A stretch of 64,000 nucleotides of DNA from the NCBI RefSeq assembly GCF_009914755.1, contig NC_060926.1; one strand, given 5' to 3'. This DNA is from the human T2T-CHM13v2.0 reference genome, Homo sapiens. Below are positions 28,251-42,500 of the stretch, in pieces (the first letter of the stretch is position 1; the number at the start of each line of letters is the position of its first letter). The notes under the pieces are model-generated. The model was not told where the DNA came from and searched no databases. It saw only the letters and a program-made list of their open reading frames with translations. A program made the position numbers and the translations under genes.

Positions 28251-29030
28251 TGTAACTGTAATAGGTTCATTGTTTGATGCACACAGCAAGTCAATATGTG
28301 GAGACACCGAGTTGCAGTAAAGAGATTTAATCATAGAGCCACTGCATGAGGAGAGGGGAGGAAACCTCAAGTCCATCTCTCTGAGGAATTTTGGGTTAGG
28401 GATTTAAGGGCTTTGGAGAGGGCCCAGTGTGCAGGTCCTTGATTAGTCAAGAGTGCAAGGTGAAGTCACGGGGTAGGGAGATGAAGCAGCTGCATTCTCA
28501 TGCTGATCTGTTCCTCTGTGGGCGTCTTCAAACTGGTTGCTGGAACTCAGGGCCTGAAAAAACATCTTAAACCATCCTTAAAAAAAAGTCTTCTGGTTCT
28601 AACGTCAGAGATCCTGTCTAAAGGAACAGTGAGGATGCAAATCAATTCCTAAACAGTCTTATGACCCTAGTGTCAGAAATCCTACCTATAGGAACACTGG
28701 GGATGCAAATGGTCTTTTTTTTTTTTTAACTACTCCCACCCCCCGCCCCCCGCACGCCACTACACCTGGCTAATTTTTTGTATTTTTGATAGAGACAGGG
28801 TTTCACCACGTTGCTCAGGTTGGTCTCGAACTCCTGAGCTTAAGAGATCTGCCCACCTCGGCCTCTCAAAGTACTAGGATTACAGGTGTGGGCTGCTGTG
28901 CCCAGTCACTACCTGACTTTTAGCAACAAGGAGGTGGGCCAGAGTGCAGCCTGATTAGTGCCTCATTATAGCTATATTTCTGTCCAGAGCCTGGCATGCA
29001 ATTCTCGTTAACCCTGTGGGGACAGTTTCA
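28251..29030 (-). mobile_element. ERV1-class solo LTR (subfamily uncertain)
   Basis: Minus strand TGAAACTGTCCCCACAGGG...GTTACA; TG/CA ends; near-TSD TAAT/CAAT; internal direct repeat with 68-bp period. Confidence 0.75.
28715..28906 (-). mobile_element. Partial Alu inside the LTR
   Basis: Left arm and linker present; most of the right arm is replaced by C-rich sequence before the T-tract. Confidence 0.8.
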
Positions 29031-30593
29031 CAATTCTAGTCATAGAGACTCAAACTTAGTCTGTTGACTGAGTGGGGAGCAATGCCTTTCTGCTCTTAGT
29101 CTCTTAGCTCCCCACTCAGGGCTTCCTCATCCTCTCCCACTCCTCTCTGAATAGCATCCCCCCCCCCATTCCCTCTCCTCTCAATAACAAAGCTCATGAC
29201 AAGCAAACTAATGAATGTAAACAGATCCTGGAGGAAAGAAGGTGGAGTGAAGTCTTATCTTGAACTCAGCCAACCCCAAGTCCCTATCTCCCTGATCTGA
29301 TGTTCTTTTGCTGCTTTTAGCAACACCTGAAGAATAGGCTGGGTAATATTCCATAGCCTGCAATGCCCCGTGGTACTCTGGAGAAAAGCACTCTACTCCA
29401 GGGCTGGGCCAGATACCAAGTGATTCATGCAGAGCCAGGCTGAAAGGAACAACAAAGCTGTGGACTGAGGGGACCCCTTGGATCATACCATGAGGTGTTC
29501 AGCTTCCATATCTCTTTAATTTATAGCACAGTTCTGAGTAATTCCTGTGTTTCAGACACAGTGCCAAATAGCAAAATTGTAGGATTGAATAGCAATGATC
29601 TTAATATTAGCAATAATAATAGTCTATTTCCTCAATTTACTACATTTACTACCTAGTTTAAGAGACAGATAAATGAACAAATGATTGCAATGTATTGTAT
29701 TTTGGGGGATGCCAGAGTTATGATGGAAACACACAACAAAGGGAACCTGGCAAAGATGGTGAGGAAATGCTTTCAAGAGAAGGTCATGGGCATTGGAAGG
29801 GGGAGTAGAAGTTAGCCAGGCTGAGTATATAACAGAAACAAAGGCATTCAGGGGACAAAAACTCAACACTTGGAGGGGAGGCTTGTGTCAACTAGCAAAA
29901 TGTCAAGAAACCAGCAGAATCGTGCACTGAGGGTCGGCCTGTACAGTACAAATTGGTACAGTCTTTCTCGAGGACAATTTTTGTGTCAATAGTCTTGGTC
30001 TTTGACCCTTTAATTCCACCTTTATAAATTTATGCTGAGGCAATAGTCAGAGAGGTAGAAAAAAACTTATGCACAAAAACTGTTTATCTCAATATTATTT
30101 ATAATAGCAACACATTAGAAATAACTTCTTTGCCTAAGAAAATTAGGGTGGCATAATCATGGAGTGGAACACTACTCCACAGTGGCTGTGAAGACTTTAA
30201 ATGTAGTGTTTTAGCTCATGATTACATTTGATGGGAAGTGTTCATATTTTGTTATTGTAGTACACAGTTGGTCGTTTTCCCAGCATTCAAGTCTCTGCTC
30301 CTGCCAAAGTGGCATCATCTTCCATTTCAGAAATTCAATCCTTCTCATGGTGAAGCAGTCATGGAATCTGGGAATAACAGACCCCGCTTCTCCCATCCCT
30401 CAGCTGCCAACCTGAGGGTGAGCTCTGATGGGTTTAAGCCCACTAGCTCACCCACTTCCTCACTGGGAAGAAGCACCTCTCCTAAGTGGGGCCATGAGAA
30501 TGAAACTGAGGGCTTCTGTTTCATGATTTAGGGAGGTCTTCTCTTGATTCCCTTCTGGATGAAGTGGCATATAGATATTAAGTTTAAAACTGA

Positions 30594-30993
30594 TGTTAAA
30601 TTAAGTTTAGCCTAAAGCTGGCTCCTAAAGCTTTTAAGGTTGGCTTAAAGGTTTCTCTGTGCATAGTGAATTGTGACCTAAATGGATGCTTAAACCAACT
30701 GCAACCTACTCTTGTGTCAGTCTCCAAGTTTTGGCCAATCAAAGGAGGCCAACTATTCAAACTGTGTTCTAATTAGGCAAACACCAACTATAACCCAGTC
30801 CGGCTGATTCTATACCTCACTTCCATTTTCTGTACGTCACTTTCCTTTTTCTGTCCATAACTCTTCTTTGACCATGAGGTTGCGCTGGAGCCTCTCTGAA
30901 TCTATTCTGATCTGGGGCAACCTGATTCTTGAATCATTCTTTGCTCAATTAAACTCTGTTAAATTTAATTTGTCTAAGGCTTTTCTTTTAACA
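30594..30993 (+). mobile_element. MER57-family ERV1 solo LTR
   Basis: TGTTAAATTAAGTTTAGCCTAAAGCTG...CTTTTAACA; perfect TSD CTGA (30590-30593, 30994-30997). Confidence 0.9.
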
Positions 30994-32312
30994 CTGATAA
31001 GACTATTTTTTGCTTCTACAAATAATGAAGTGAGCCTGAGAATGAAGCCAACTGATGGGAAGGGCAAAGGTGACAGAATTGCAGAAAAATTTAGCTGGAT
31101 TCTTAAAACAGCCCTATTTCAGGGATTTTGTATTACATGAATTAAGAGATTTATTTGATGGTTTAAGCCAGTCTGATTTGGAATTTGGGTTACTTACATA
31201 TGAGAACATCTTAGCTGATACAGTTAAGTGAAAATAGAAGTAAATTGCAGTAAATGAAACTGCAAGTACACATAGATAATTTCCTACTTTTGTACACAAT
31301 TTATTCCTCCAAATGTTTTTAGAAGTCAAATAATAGAGGAGGTGACAATTGGGCTGAAGTGGGAAGGTTTACTGTAAGTTGATGAAGGGACATGCAGAGG
31401 ACAGTGTGAGGACAGAGGCAGGAAGGAATTTGATGATTACCAGGGACTCAAAGACAACCAAGGTGGCCGAAGGGACTGAAGGTGGAGAGGTGGGGCCAAG
31501 TGAGACTGGGAAAGTTGGGGATCAGACCAGGCACACATTTTTAAGTTAATTAAAGAGAGATGTCTTCATTCAAAGAACAATGGCAAGTAAATAAAGGTTT
31601 TAAATAAGGGGTTGGGGAACCCAAAGCTGGGACAGTATGAAGAGAGGATCAGATTTACATTTTGAAAGAGAAAGATCATTACAGCTGCAGAGTGGAGAAT
31701 GAATTCAAGGGGAGGGCCAAGGCGGAATGAGAAAGATATGTAGGCTTACATCCCTGCACACAGGGTGGGTAATGGCCGGAGCACACATGTTTAGTGGAGA
31801 GGGAGAGGTGTGGGTGATTGGAAAGCAAAAATCAATGAGACTGCCTGATGGATATAGGAGGTGAGGGAGACTCCTCTGTCTGGGGTCTATAAGATTTAGA
31901 ACTTATTATCAACAAATAGAAAAGATATGAAGTTTCATATGGTAAGATACTTTGACAAAATTCACATGGAGATCATAGACCACAGTGACACTGCAGTGGG
32001 CAGGGGGTGTGGGACGTGGTATAGGCCACAATGACCAGAGGAGATTCAGGGAGGAGCAGGGCCTTGAAGGAGTGGTGGAATTTGGACAGGTGATGAAATT
32101 ACGTGATTAAAATATTGAAGTGGATTTTTTGCTATCTTAAAGTAAGCAGAAACTATCTGTTATCTGAGAGTGACTGGAAAAACCCAAGATTTCCTCCAGG
32201 CGAGAGAAAAGAAAACATGATTCATAGATCAGGCAGGAGGGCAGTGATAGCAAGAATCAAGTTGGTTTCTGCTTGCATCCTATTGAGTCCAGTTCATTGA
32301 AAAATGGATTGC

Positions 32313-32620
32313 AGCCAGGCACGGTGGCTCACACCTGTAATATCAACACGTTGGGAGGCTGAGGCACGTGGATCACTTGAGCCCAGGAGTTTGAGACCAG
32401 CCTGGGCAGCATGGCAAAACCCCACCTCTACAAAAAATACAAAAATTAAATATTAGCTGGGCATGGTGATGTGTGCTTGTAGTCCCAGCGACTTGGGAGG
32501 CTGAGTGGGGAGGATCACCTGAGCCTGGGAGTTTAAGGCTGCAGTGAGCCAAGATTGTGCTACTGTACTCCAGCCTGAGCAACAGAGTAAGACCCTATAC
32601 CTGCCCCTCTCCCCCCGCAA
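32313..32620 (+). mobile_element. AluJ
   Basis: Full dimer with GGATCACTTGAGCCCAGG; TSD AAAAATGGATTG; C-rich degenerate tail. Confidence 0.92.
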
Positions 32621-32716
32621 AAAATGGATTGTATGCCCATCTTTTGGCAGAGCTAGTTATTTCTGGGAATCTGTACCCTAGGATTAGCAGCAAGTCTGTT
32701 GGAATTTCATCTAGAG

Positions 32717-32932
32717 CAAGGGTTGGCAAACGAAGGCCCAAGGGCCAAATCTGGCCCAAAGCCCACTTTTGTGAATGAGTTTTACTGGACCAGAGCTCCG
32801 TCCATTCTTGAGAATCACCTAGAGCTGCTTTAGCTACAGTGGTAGGCTTGAGTTGTGACAGAGACTCTTTGGCTCACAAAGCAAAAAATATTTACTGTCT
32901 TGTCCTTTGAGAGGGAAATTTGCTGATCCTTG
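32717..32932 (+). mobile_element. MER58A (hAT-Charlie MITE)
   Basis: TIRs CAAGGGTTGGCAAAC / TTTGCTGATCCTTG; 8-bp TSD ATCTAGAG/ACCTAGAG. Confidence 0.85.
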
Positions 32933-33139
32933 ACCTAGAGATACTGAGGTACTAGAAGTTTGCCTCCTAGTGCAACACAATTTTAGAGAGAGATATACTA
33001 ATTTAAATTAAAAAAAAACTCAAAAAATTTTTATCGAACAGTATTTGAGGAGTCAAATAACAGGTATAGATAGAAAGGAAAAAAAAAACTAATGAATATT
33101 TTACCCATATTTCTCCTATGGCAGTTAGCTACTATTCAT

Positions 33140-34480
33140 TCAATCTCTCATTCACCCAATAATTATTTACTGAGTGCATACCATGTGCCAGGCACGCGGC
33201 TATATGTAGGTGATTAGCTAGGAACACAAAACAAGGCTCCTTTCCCCTTGGGGCTTTATTCTTCAGAGGGGAAGAGAAACAAGAAAAATGAAAGTAAAAA
33301 TATGCAGAATGTAGATGGTGCTACAAACTGTGGGGAAAAATAGGTCAGGAAAGGAGGATAGATAATGGGGATGAGGATGGTATATTAGGCCATTCTTGCA
33401 TTGCTATAAAGAAATACCTGAGACTGGGTAATTTACAAAGAAGAGATTGAATTGGCTCATGGTTCTACAGGTTGTATAGGAAGCATGGCTTCTGAGGTGG
33501 CCTCTTGAAGCTTTTACTCATGGTGGAGGGTGAAGCAGGAGCTTGCCTGTTACACGGTAAAAGCAAGAGCAAGAGAGTCATGGAGTGGGGGTGAGGGAAT
33601 GTGCCACACTCTTTTAAATAGCCAGATCTCACAAGAACCCACTATTGCAAAGACAGCACCAAGCCATGAGGAATCCGCCCCCTTGACCCAAACACCTCCC
33701 ACCAGGCCCCACCTCCGGCACTGGGGATTACAATTCAACATGAGATCTGGGCAAGGACAAATATCCAAACTATATCAGATGGCTAGGGGCAGCCTCACTT
33801 GATGAGAGAGCATTAGAGCAGAGATTCAAGGAGGTGAAGGAGAGAACCATGTGACTCTGGGGGTAGAAGCCTTCCACAGAGAGGACGGGAGGGCAAGTGT
33901 CCCAAGGCAGGGACATGCCTGCTGGGTTTGCAGAAGAGGAGGAGGTGAGTGGAGCTGTGGTAGAGCTGAAGGAAATGAGATTAGCGAAGTAGAAGGGTCA
34001 GATGGTGAGGGTGACTGTAGGCACTTCGGCTTTTCCTCTGAATGAGAAAGTAGTCTTGTGACATTGTGGACAGTGGAGGAGCATGATCTGCCTTACATTC
34101 TGAAGGATCACTGCGTGCTGCTTGAGAATGGACTGTAAGAGGCCTGGATAGAGAATGAGAGCTGGTTAGGAGGCAATCATCCAGGCCAGAGGGGATGTGG
34201 TTTGGAATACAGGGATACAGTGCAAATGGCAGGTCCAAATAGGGCTCATATTTGGATTGGATATGAGGTGTGAGAAAAAGAGCAGTAAAGTATGACTCAA
34301 AGTTTTGGGGGCTGAGCAAATGGAAAGATAACAGAGGCCAGTATATGAGCAGACTTTGGGTGGAGGATTAGAGTTTGAACTTGGACCTGTTCAGGTTGAA
34401 ATGCTTACTGTGAATCTACACGGAGATGATGAATAGACAGTGGGATGTATGGGTCTGGAGTTCAGGCGAGAGATCCTCTT
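33140..34480 (-). mobile_element. L2 fragment interrupted by MST
   Basis: ATTTACTGAGTGCATACCATGTGCCAGGCAC...GTATGACTCAAAGTTTTGGGG...GGGTCTGGAGTTCAGG. Confidence 0.7.
33381..33777. mobile_element. MSTA/MSTB MaLR LTR
   Basis: TATTAGGCCATTCTTGCATTGCTATAAAGAAATACCTGAG...CCAAACTATATCA; perfect 5-bp TSD GATGG. Confidence 0.9.
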
Positions 34481-35098
34481 TGTTTTAGCCCTGGACATAG
34501 CTGTTCAAGAAATTTGGGGAAACTAGAAGCCTTAGAAGGTTAAGATACTGTTGAACATAATGCACTCAAAGGCCTACAGACTTAAGGACTATTTAAAACT
34601 TCTTTAAGCACCTAGAGGCACAAGCTTTCTTTCTTTTAATGAAACTGAATTTCAAAAATAGCTTAAAACTAGTTTTACCAAATTAATAAAAATGACTCAA
34701 CAAATATGACACCAATAGTCTATTGCCTGATTTTCTGGGGAAGACCTTCTAGCTGACAATTTAATGCAAAAACAAAAACAAACCAAAACAAAAACAAATT
34801 ATAGCATATAAAAGTATAGAGGGTCTTATAAAATGTAAAGCATATTATAAACTTTTCTACAAAAAATTAGAATAATACCTTGTGGAGAACCTGAGTGTGG
34901 CAGTTTTTATTGAAATGGGGGAAGAGTGAGATGGTTAGCAAAGACACCGTTCTGGTGAGTAATGTTTAGAAAACCATTTCCCAGTTGACATCGGAGAGGC
35001 ACATTTCTCTCATACCTACAAATCTGGATTTTCTGTTCATTTTTTTTTTAAATTGAATCCCAATAATGGCGCCTCACACTCTGAATAACACGCCTTAA

Positions 35099-35517
<419 letters not shown>

Positions 35518-36136
35518 TGACCTCTACATATTACACCTTATGGTCTCCTTTGCTTATTGGCTCATGGTTGGATTGATTAGTAGAAGACACCAGCAGATTA
35601 GAAGGCAGGAGGAGAGAAAAGTGGAGGTATTTCTTCCTGTCTTTTCTCCTTGCTCCTAGCTAAGGTTCTGGTAGTGCAGGATGTGTTTTGAAATCCTTGA
35701 TGGCTGCAGCTCTTGTCTGTCATCCCCTTTCCCATAGTTCCATCTCACTGAGCTTTTGTAACACTGTTTCCTTCCTTTCTCCTTCAAGCCTGGGGTAGTG
35801 GGGACTTCCTATGGATGACTTCCCTGGATGTCTCAACAACTCTTTGTAGTTACCCTACTCTTGCAATTCCTCTGTAAATAGTCCCTTTATTAAATTTCTT
35901 TCAAAATACCTCTTCAGGGTATCATCTGTTCCTGCTGGAATACTGACCAATACATCAGCTATGCTTTTAAAGAACCATTTGACAGGTGAACTCTTATTAA
36001 TTCTACAATTATGGTCCTTAATGGATGCATCCAGAACATTGTGTCTTTACTGAACTAAAGTAAACATAAGTTATTGAGTACACCAGGGGTCACTTTAGCT
36101 AGTATTAGGCAGAAACAATGAACAAAAACAGTGAAG

Positions 36137-36433
<297 letters not shown>

Positions 36434-37982
36434 AAACAAAAACAATGAAGAAGAAATCCACAATCTGAGGAAGCTGGAAGCCCAGTCCCTTGTTTATACA
36501 ACTTATGTACCCATTATTTATCATTGCATCAACACTGGACCCTTACCCTGGCCAGATATCTGTTAACTAAAGTTGTATCTCAAGTCAACATCTTGTATGT
36601 AGCACGTGGTCTTCAGACACAGCTATTCTGCCATGTTATATTCATTACCATCTTATAAGAAAGTCAAGTAAAAATAATATTCAGTTATAATTATTTTTGG
36701 TTTCATTGACATGTCCTTGAACTAAGGTGCTAACACTCAGCATGGAACCCCCTATGCTGATACTCAAACAGAATCGGTATGAGAGTCAGTTTGAGAAGAT
36801 TTGGGGATAAAACAGTTAAGAATTTCCAACTGGGTAATACCAAGACGTGTTTTGAAACGTTCCCCTTGACTGTTTCTTACATAATTATATTATTTGTGAG
36901 TGAGTTAATTGCCTGATCTCCCTCCATCCCTCACTACTGTGAACAGAAAGATAATCATTTTTTATATGCGGTTGATAGGGTTTCATTATATTGAGTTAGA
37001 AAAGACCTGAACAAAAAACGCCTCCCTGATTTTTGCCAAAAAGAAAGGCTGCCGTTTATTTCTTAACTACAGTTGTTATTTTTGGTAAATGTCCTCAATA
37101 AATAATCATGCTTTATTGCCAAATAACTTTATTTACTTCCTTTGGCATACATTTTGGAAATAGTTTGTCTTGTAGAATACATCAGAAAATAGCCTTGCTG
37201 AAAGCTGGGCAATTGATGGGTGCTTTGTAAAGAGTTTGTTTGGGGAAGGGTGGCTATCTAGTTTCTTCTGCCTTAGAATGATTTTCAAGTCCAAACTATT
37301 CCAACTATGCTTTGTGCAATGAAATGTTGAGGACCCCAGTGCACACTATTCTATGTGTTGGTGTGAATTAAAAATAACCTCTGTTAAATGTTACTCACCT
37401 GCCTTTGATAGACTTGTCTCAACAGAATTTTCTTTCACATCATCAATTTATATGACTGTGCAAAATTCTGTTGCATAGAAGTGCCTCAATATTTTTAACA
37501 ATTCTATCTGAAAACTTCGGTTGTTTCTAATATATTTGTGTTAATACTGATGCTCCAGAGAATATCCTCATCATTTAATCTTTACGCTTATCTATGACTG
37601 GCTTCTTAGCAGTACAGCAGCTGGGTCAAAGAATAAGCAAAGCCTGTATGACTTTTGAAAATATTGCCAAATTCTCTTTGAGAAAGCGGACTATGAGAAA
37701 GTTTGCTTTCTTCCATACCTTTCAATTTGGTCAATATTTTTAAAATTTTCAGTTTGTTAGGTGAAAAACAAACCTTCATTTGCATTAATTTGACAATAGT
37801 GAGGGCAAAAGCTTTTCACATATTTACTAACCATTTATCTTCCTCACCCTTCCTTCCACCCTCCCTCTTGAGCTCTCTCCCTTCTTACTCCCTCCATCCT
37901 ATAATTTCTCCCTCCTCCCCTTCCTCCCCCCCCATCCATTCCTTCTTTCCTTTCTTCTTCCTTTGAATGACAGGCTCATGCT

Positions 37983-38495
37983 TGTGGTTCAACTGTAACT
38001 TGCTTCCCCAATATCCATCCCCCCCTTCTTTTTTAGTGAAAATACTTCAATTTTATTCAGGGCTGTCATCTGTTAAATTAAATGACAACAACTGAATTTC
38101 TCAGCCTACCTTGCAGCTAGGGTTGGCCATATGGCACAGTTCTAGCTAATGAGAACTGGAAGTTGCCAAGAGGAACTTTGGGGAAAGCCCTTTAAAATGA
38201 GGGTGGATATGCCAGCTTGTTTCATTTTGCTTTTGCCCTGTGTCTCTTCCTTCTGCCTGATATAAGACTGCATTTTTGCTGCAGGTTGTCACCATCAAGT
38301 GAGAAGGGGATAAAAGCCACCTGCTAAGGCTGGTACAGCAGGAAAAGCCTGGCCCCTGTCGGCAAGGCTACGTCATGATGCTTCCGTAACAACTCCAGAC
38401 AGCTTACCCCCAGACTTATATTACCTGCAAAAAATAAATACTTCTTTAGGTTAAATCATCCTAAGTTGGGTTTTCTATTGGGTGCAGCTAATACA
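37983..38495. mobile_element. MLT1-type MaLR LTR
   Basis: TTCTCAGCCTACCTTGCAGCTAGGGTTGGCCATATG...AAATAAATAC...GTTGGGTTTTCTATT...GCAGC. Confidence 0.7.
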
Positions 38496-38725
38496 ATGTT
38501 CTCTGTCTATATTATTGTGGAGAATATATTTGATTATTGACTAGAAGGGGTATTATAGACTTAAAGGATATTAACACTTTATTTAATGAGTGTTGCCACT
38601 TTCCAGTTTTTCTTTTCTTTTTACCCTTTTTTGTGGCCTGTTCTGACATTTTCAAAATTTAGTTGTCAAATTTATTGGGCTTTTGTTTAATGGCTCCTGC
38701 TTTAGTGATGTATTTGGAAAGACCC

Positions 38726-39028
38726 TTTTTTTTTTTTTTTTTTTTTTTTTGAGACGGAGTCTTGCTCTGTCACCCAGTCTGGAGTGCAGTGGCATTATCT
38801 CAACTCACTGCAACCTCCGCCTCCGGGCTCAAGCGATTCTCCTGCCTTAGCTTCGCGAGTAGCTGGGACTACAGGTGCGCACCAACGCGCCGGGCTAATT
38901 TTGTATTTTTAGTAGAGACGGGGTTTCACCATATTGGCGAGGCTGGTCTCGAACTCCTGACCTCATGATCTGCCTGCCTCGGCCTCTCAAAGTGCCGGGA
39001 TTACAGGCATGAACTACCAGGCCAGGCC
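38726..39028 (-). mobile_element. AluS
   Basis: Poly-T followed by a reverse dimer; TSD-like GAAAG(A)CCCTTTT. Confidence 0.93.
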
Positions 39029-39240
39029 AGAAAGCCCTTTTATAAATTTATATGATTATTCATTTTTACTTTTACATGATTATTTTAAAAAATTTATTTA
39101 TCAAATGTGTCAGTCTTTTGTTTTATGGTTCCCACTTTAATGTTGAATTTGGAAAGATCTTTAATAAATTTACATGATTAGTCATTTATACTTAGTCATT
39201 TATGTGATTATTCACTTACATTTTCCTTAAAAATTTGGTT

Positions 39241-39529
<289 letters not shown>

Positions 39530-42500
39530 TGGTTTTATTTTTTATATATACTAAACTGGAATGGCATATGCACTGACTCCCCTTCCCATACCCATGCAGA
39601 CTCTGCTAATCGATTATGCCACTCATTCTTAGTGAGCGTCCATGTAGGCTGCAAATCTATTTTTACAAACCACTTTAAATGCTTTCTTGGACAGATGGAG
39701 TGTAAGTAAATAAGCAGTTGTAGACCGATCTACTGTTATCTTTAATAATATTAGTAAAGCACCACTGAGGGCAAACAACCTACTAATATTTCACAGGCTG
39801 GAAAAGAAGTTGAGAGGAAACCTTTTATTTTTTTTTAATTGTGTAGCTTCCAGTCTAAAGAGAAGTCAGTACAATTTAAATGACGATATCCTTCAAATGA
39901 CAAAATTACTGATCCACCTAAGGAATCAGCAACAATTATTTAGACAGACACATATGCTTTTTTTTTTTTTTTGACTTCTTAGTTTTACAGTATAGGGTGG
40001 TGTTGGGTACTCTAAATGTTTATGGAGGATTGGCACTTGCAGTGTTCATAATAGTGTCAATTTAATTGCAAAGGCTTAAGGAAGAGATGACTTTTTCTTT
40101 GCAAAACAGCTCAGAAGTGTGAAGTAGTTATTCATGAGTTAAAAGCAATACAAGTCTTCAGGTAACAAAATGTTTTTCAGAAGGATGTGAGGAGCTAAAA
40201 GTAAAGGGAATATCAAGAGTAGACCCAGGAAATAAATTATGAAGAGCATGGTATTTGGGAGTGATGCAGATTTTTTCCTTGACTTTCAGTTTGGCCCATT
40301 CCCTTCATTCTCCCTCTTGTAACCTGCCAGCCTCCTATTTAACACACCATATGCTGATGCCTATTATGACTTTTCCTCTCGCTTTTTGCTTAAAATGGCT
40401 ATCAGAGGGGCACTGCAGGTATAGCTGCACATACAATTTAAAGGAAATATTTTTTAAAAATAGGTATTCCATAGTTGCTCTCAAGGCTTAATTTATATTA
40501 TTGGGTCCTGAAAGGAAATGCTTAGGCAACCTCTAAAACCTTCCTTCTAGTCTGCCACTTTGCTACTAACTGAAGATGAGTGGCTGGCTGCTCTGATATT
40601 ATCGATGGTGATACTACAGCATGAAGTAGGAAGGAATAAATGGGACTGGGCTTTACTGGTTTAACCTCCAGAAGAATCACGGAGCTAAGAAGAGAGGTTG
40701 TGGGAGGGGATCAATAGTTGACAAATGAAAAGAGTCTCAGTCAGTTAGAAAGGGCATTTGTTTTCCCGTGACGTAGAAGAATAAATCACTTGTAGAATCC
40801 AACAACTCAGGACTGTCTTTTGCAAAATAACACTCTCTGTTTTACGTTACCTAAAATTTTTGAGAACTATAGTGCAAAGTATTTTTCTACATTATATGGC
40901 TGGGAAAGTAGAAGTACAACAATCCAAATTGATGCTAAAAGAGATGCAAATCTACTATCAGTGTCATTATCCAGATGAAGTACTTACTGTAACACACAAC
41001 ATTCATGAAATGATGCTAGGTAACATGGAATCTCTTTAGTAAAATGTGATTCCTGTTTTATTGGAAAGGATTCATTTAAGTAAAGAAACTTTTAGCTTAC
41101 TGGTAACATATGATCTCTATGCTCATTTTGAGAAATTTTTCTGAAATTGTTATGTTTCTGTAATTCTTCATGTAAATCAAATTTATGTTTGGCATTAGGA
41201 CTCTTGATTGGCTGCATATAACATAAGCCAATTTGAACTGCTTTTTTGGGTTATTCTGCATTTTCCCTTCTTCTCCTAGTTTCCATCCATTCTCTGCTAT
41301 TGGCAAGTGGTTTGTGTCTGGCCACTCTCTTGCTCTATGCTCTGGGATGCTGAGCCCTTGGACTCAGTCTCTTGGGTCATCATGTTGGTTGACTTCTGGT
41401 TGGGCTTGGCAGTGGGAAGCCTTGTCAAATTTGAGAGTAAGAAGAAAGAGAGATCTGGATGCTTCCTTCTTTGCTCTCATTTGAGCAGTAACTACGCTCC
41501 TTGATCATAGCTCCCACCAGGTAGACAGCCTTTTCTTCACACTCTTGTTCTTGCTGGCTCTCAGAATACATTTTCTTCTCTTATCTTTGGCCTAACAATG
41601 GCAAGGGCCTTCAGCTGTTGCTAATCTATGGGCCCATCACTGTATTTGTCAGCTATTATTGTGACAACAAACAACTCCAACGTTTTGGTAGTTTAAAACA
41701 ATAGACATTAGTATTTTTCTCATGAAACATCAGAGCTATGGATTTGGCTATGGCCCAGGTTCAAGTATCTTCTCATTCTGGATCCCAGGTTGAAAGAATA
41801 TGATGTTCTCTTGGTATAGGCAAAAACACAAGACAGAGCTCAACTCAAACCCTACAATTGCATGTAAAGCTTCTACCTGGATAGGGACAATGTCAAGTTT
41901 ACTCACATTCAAGTGGCCAAAGCATGTAACACGGTCAAACCCAAAGTCAAACAAGTGGGGATGTATACTTCTCCCACAGGAGTATTAGACGATTTGAGTG
42001 ACCTTTGTTTTCTGTTAGGTCTCTGACTAATACAGTTATCTATAGAAAAAATATTTTTAAGGAAAGCTTATTACAATGATACATACAGCTCCCTTGCTGC
42101 ACCCAAAGGCAGAAATTGCAGCCAGCCTTCAGGAATGAACCGGAATGTGAGACTGGAGTACTTTCCGGTCTTGCCTTTTCTCCTCTCTGCTCCTTTCTGA
42201 CTGTTTGCTTCCATTTTTCTCTTTTTGCAGGACAGTTTCACTTGCTTCTCTTACTTAGATTTTGGAAAACATTATGTCCAACATCTCGTAAGTGTAATGT
42301 TCCAAGATGAACTGTCTGTTGGTCTTCATTCTAAATTCACAGAGAAGGCTTCTGACTGGCCCAGTATGGGTGAGATGCTCGTTCCCAGTGCTACAGACAG
42401 GGCACAATGGGCAAGGCCACACTGTACAAAGTAGCTGCTGGGACCCTGCAATGTAACATGGATTATGCTGACGTAAAATTAAAAGTAAAGAGCAAGATTA

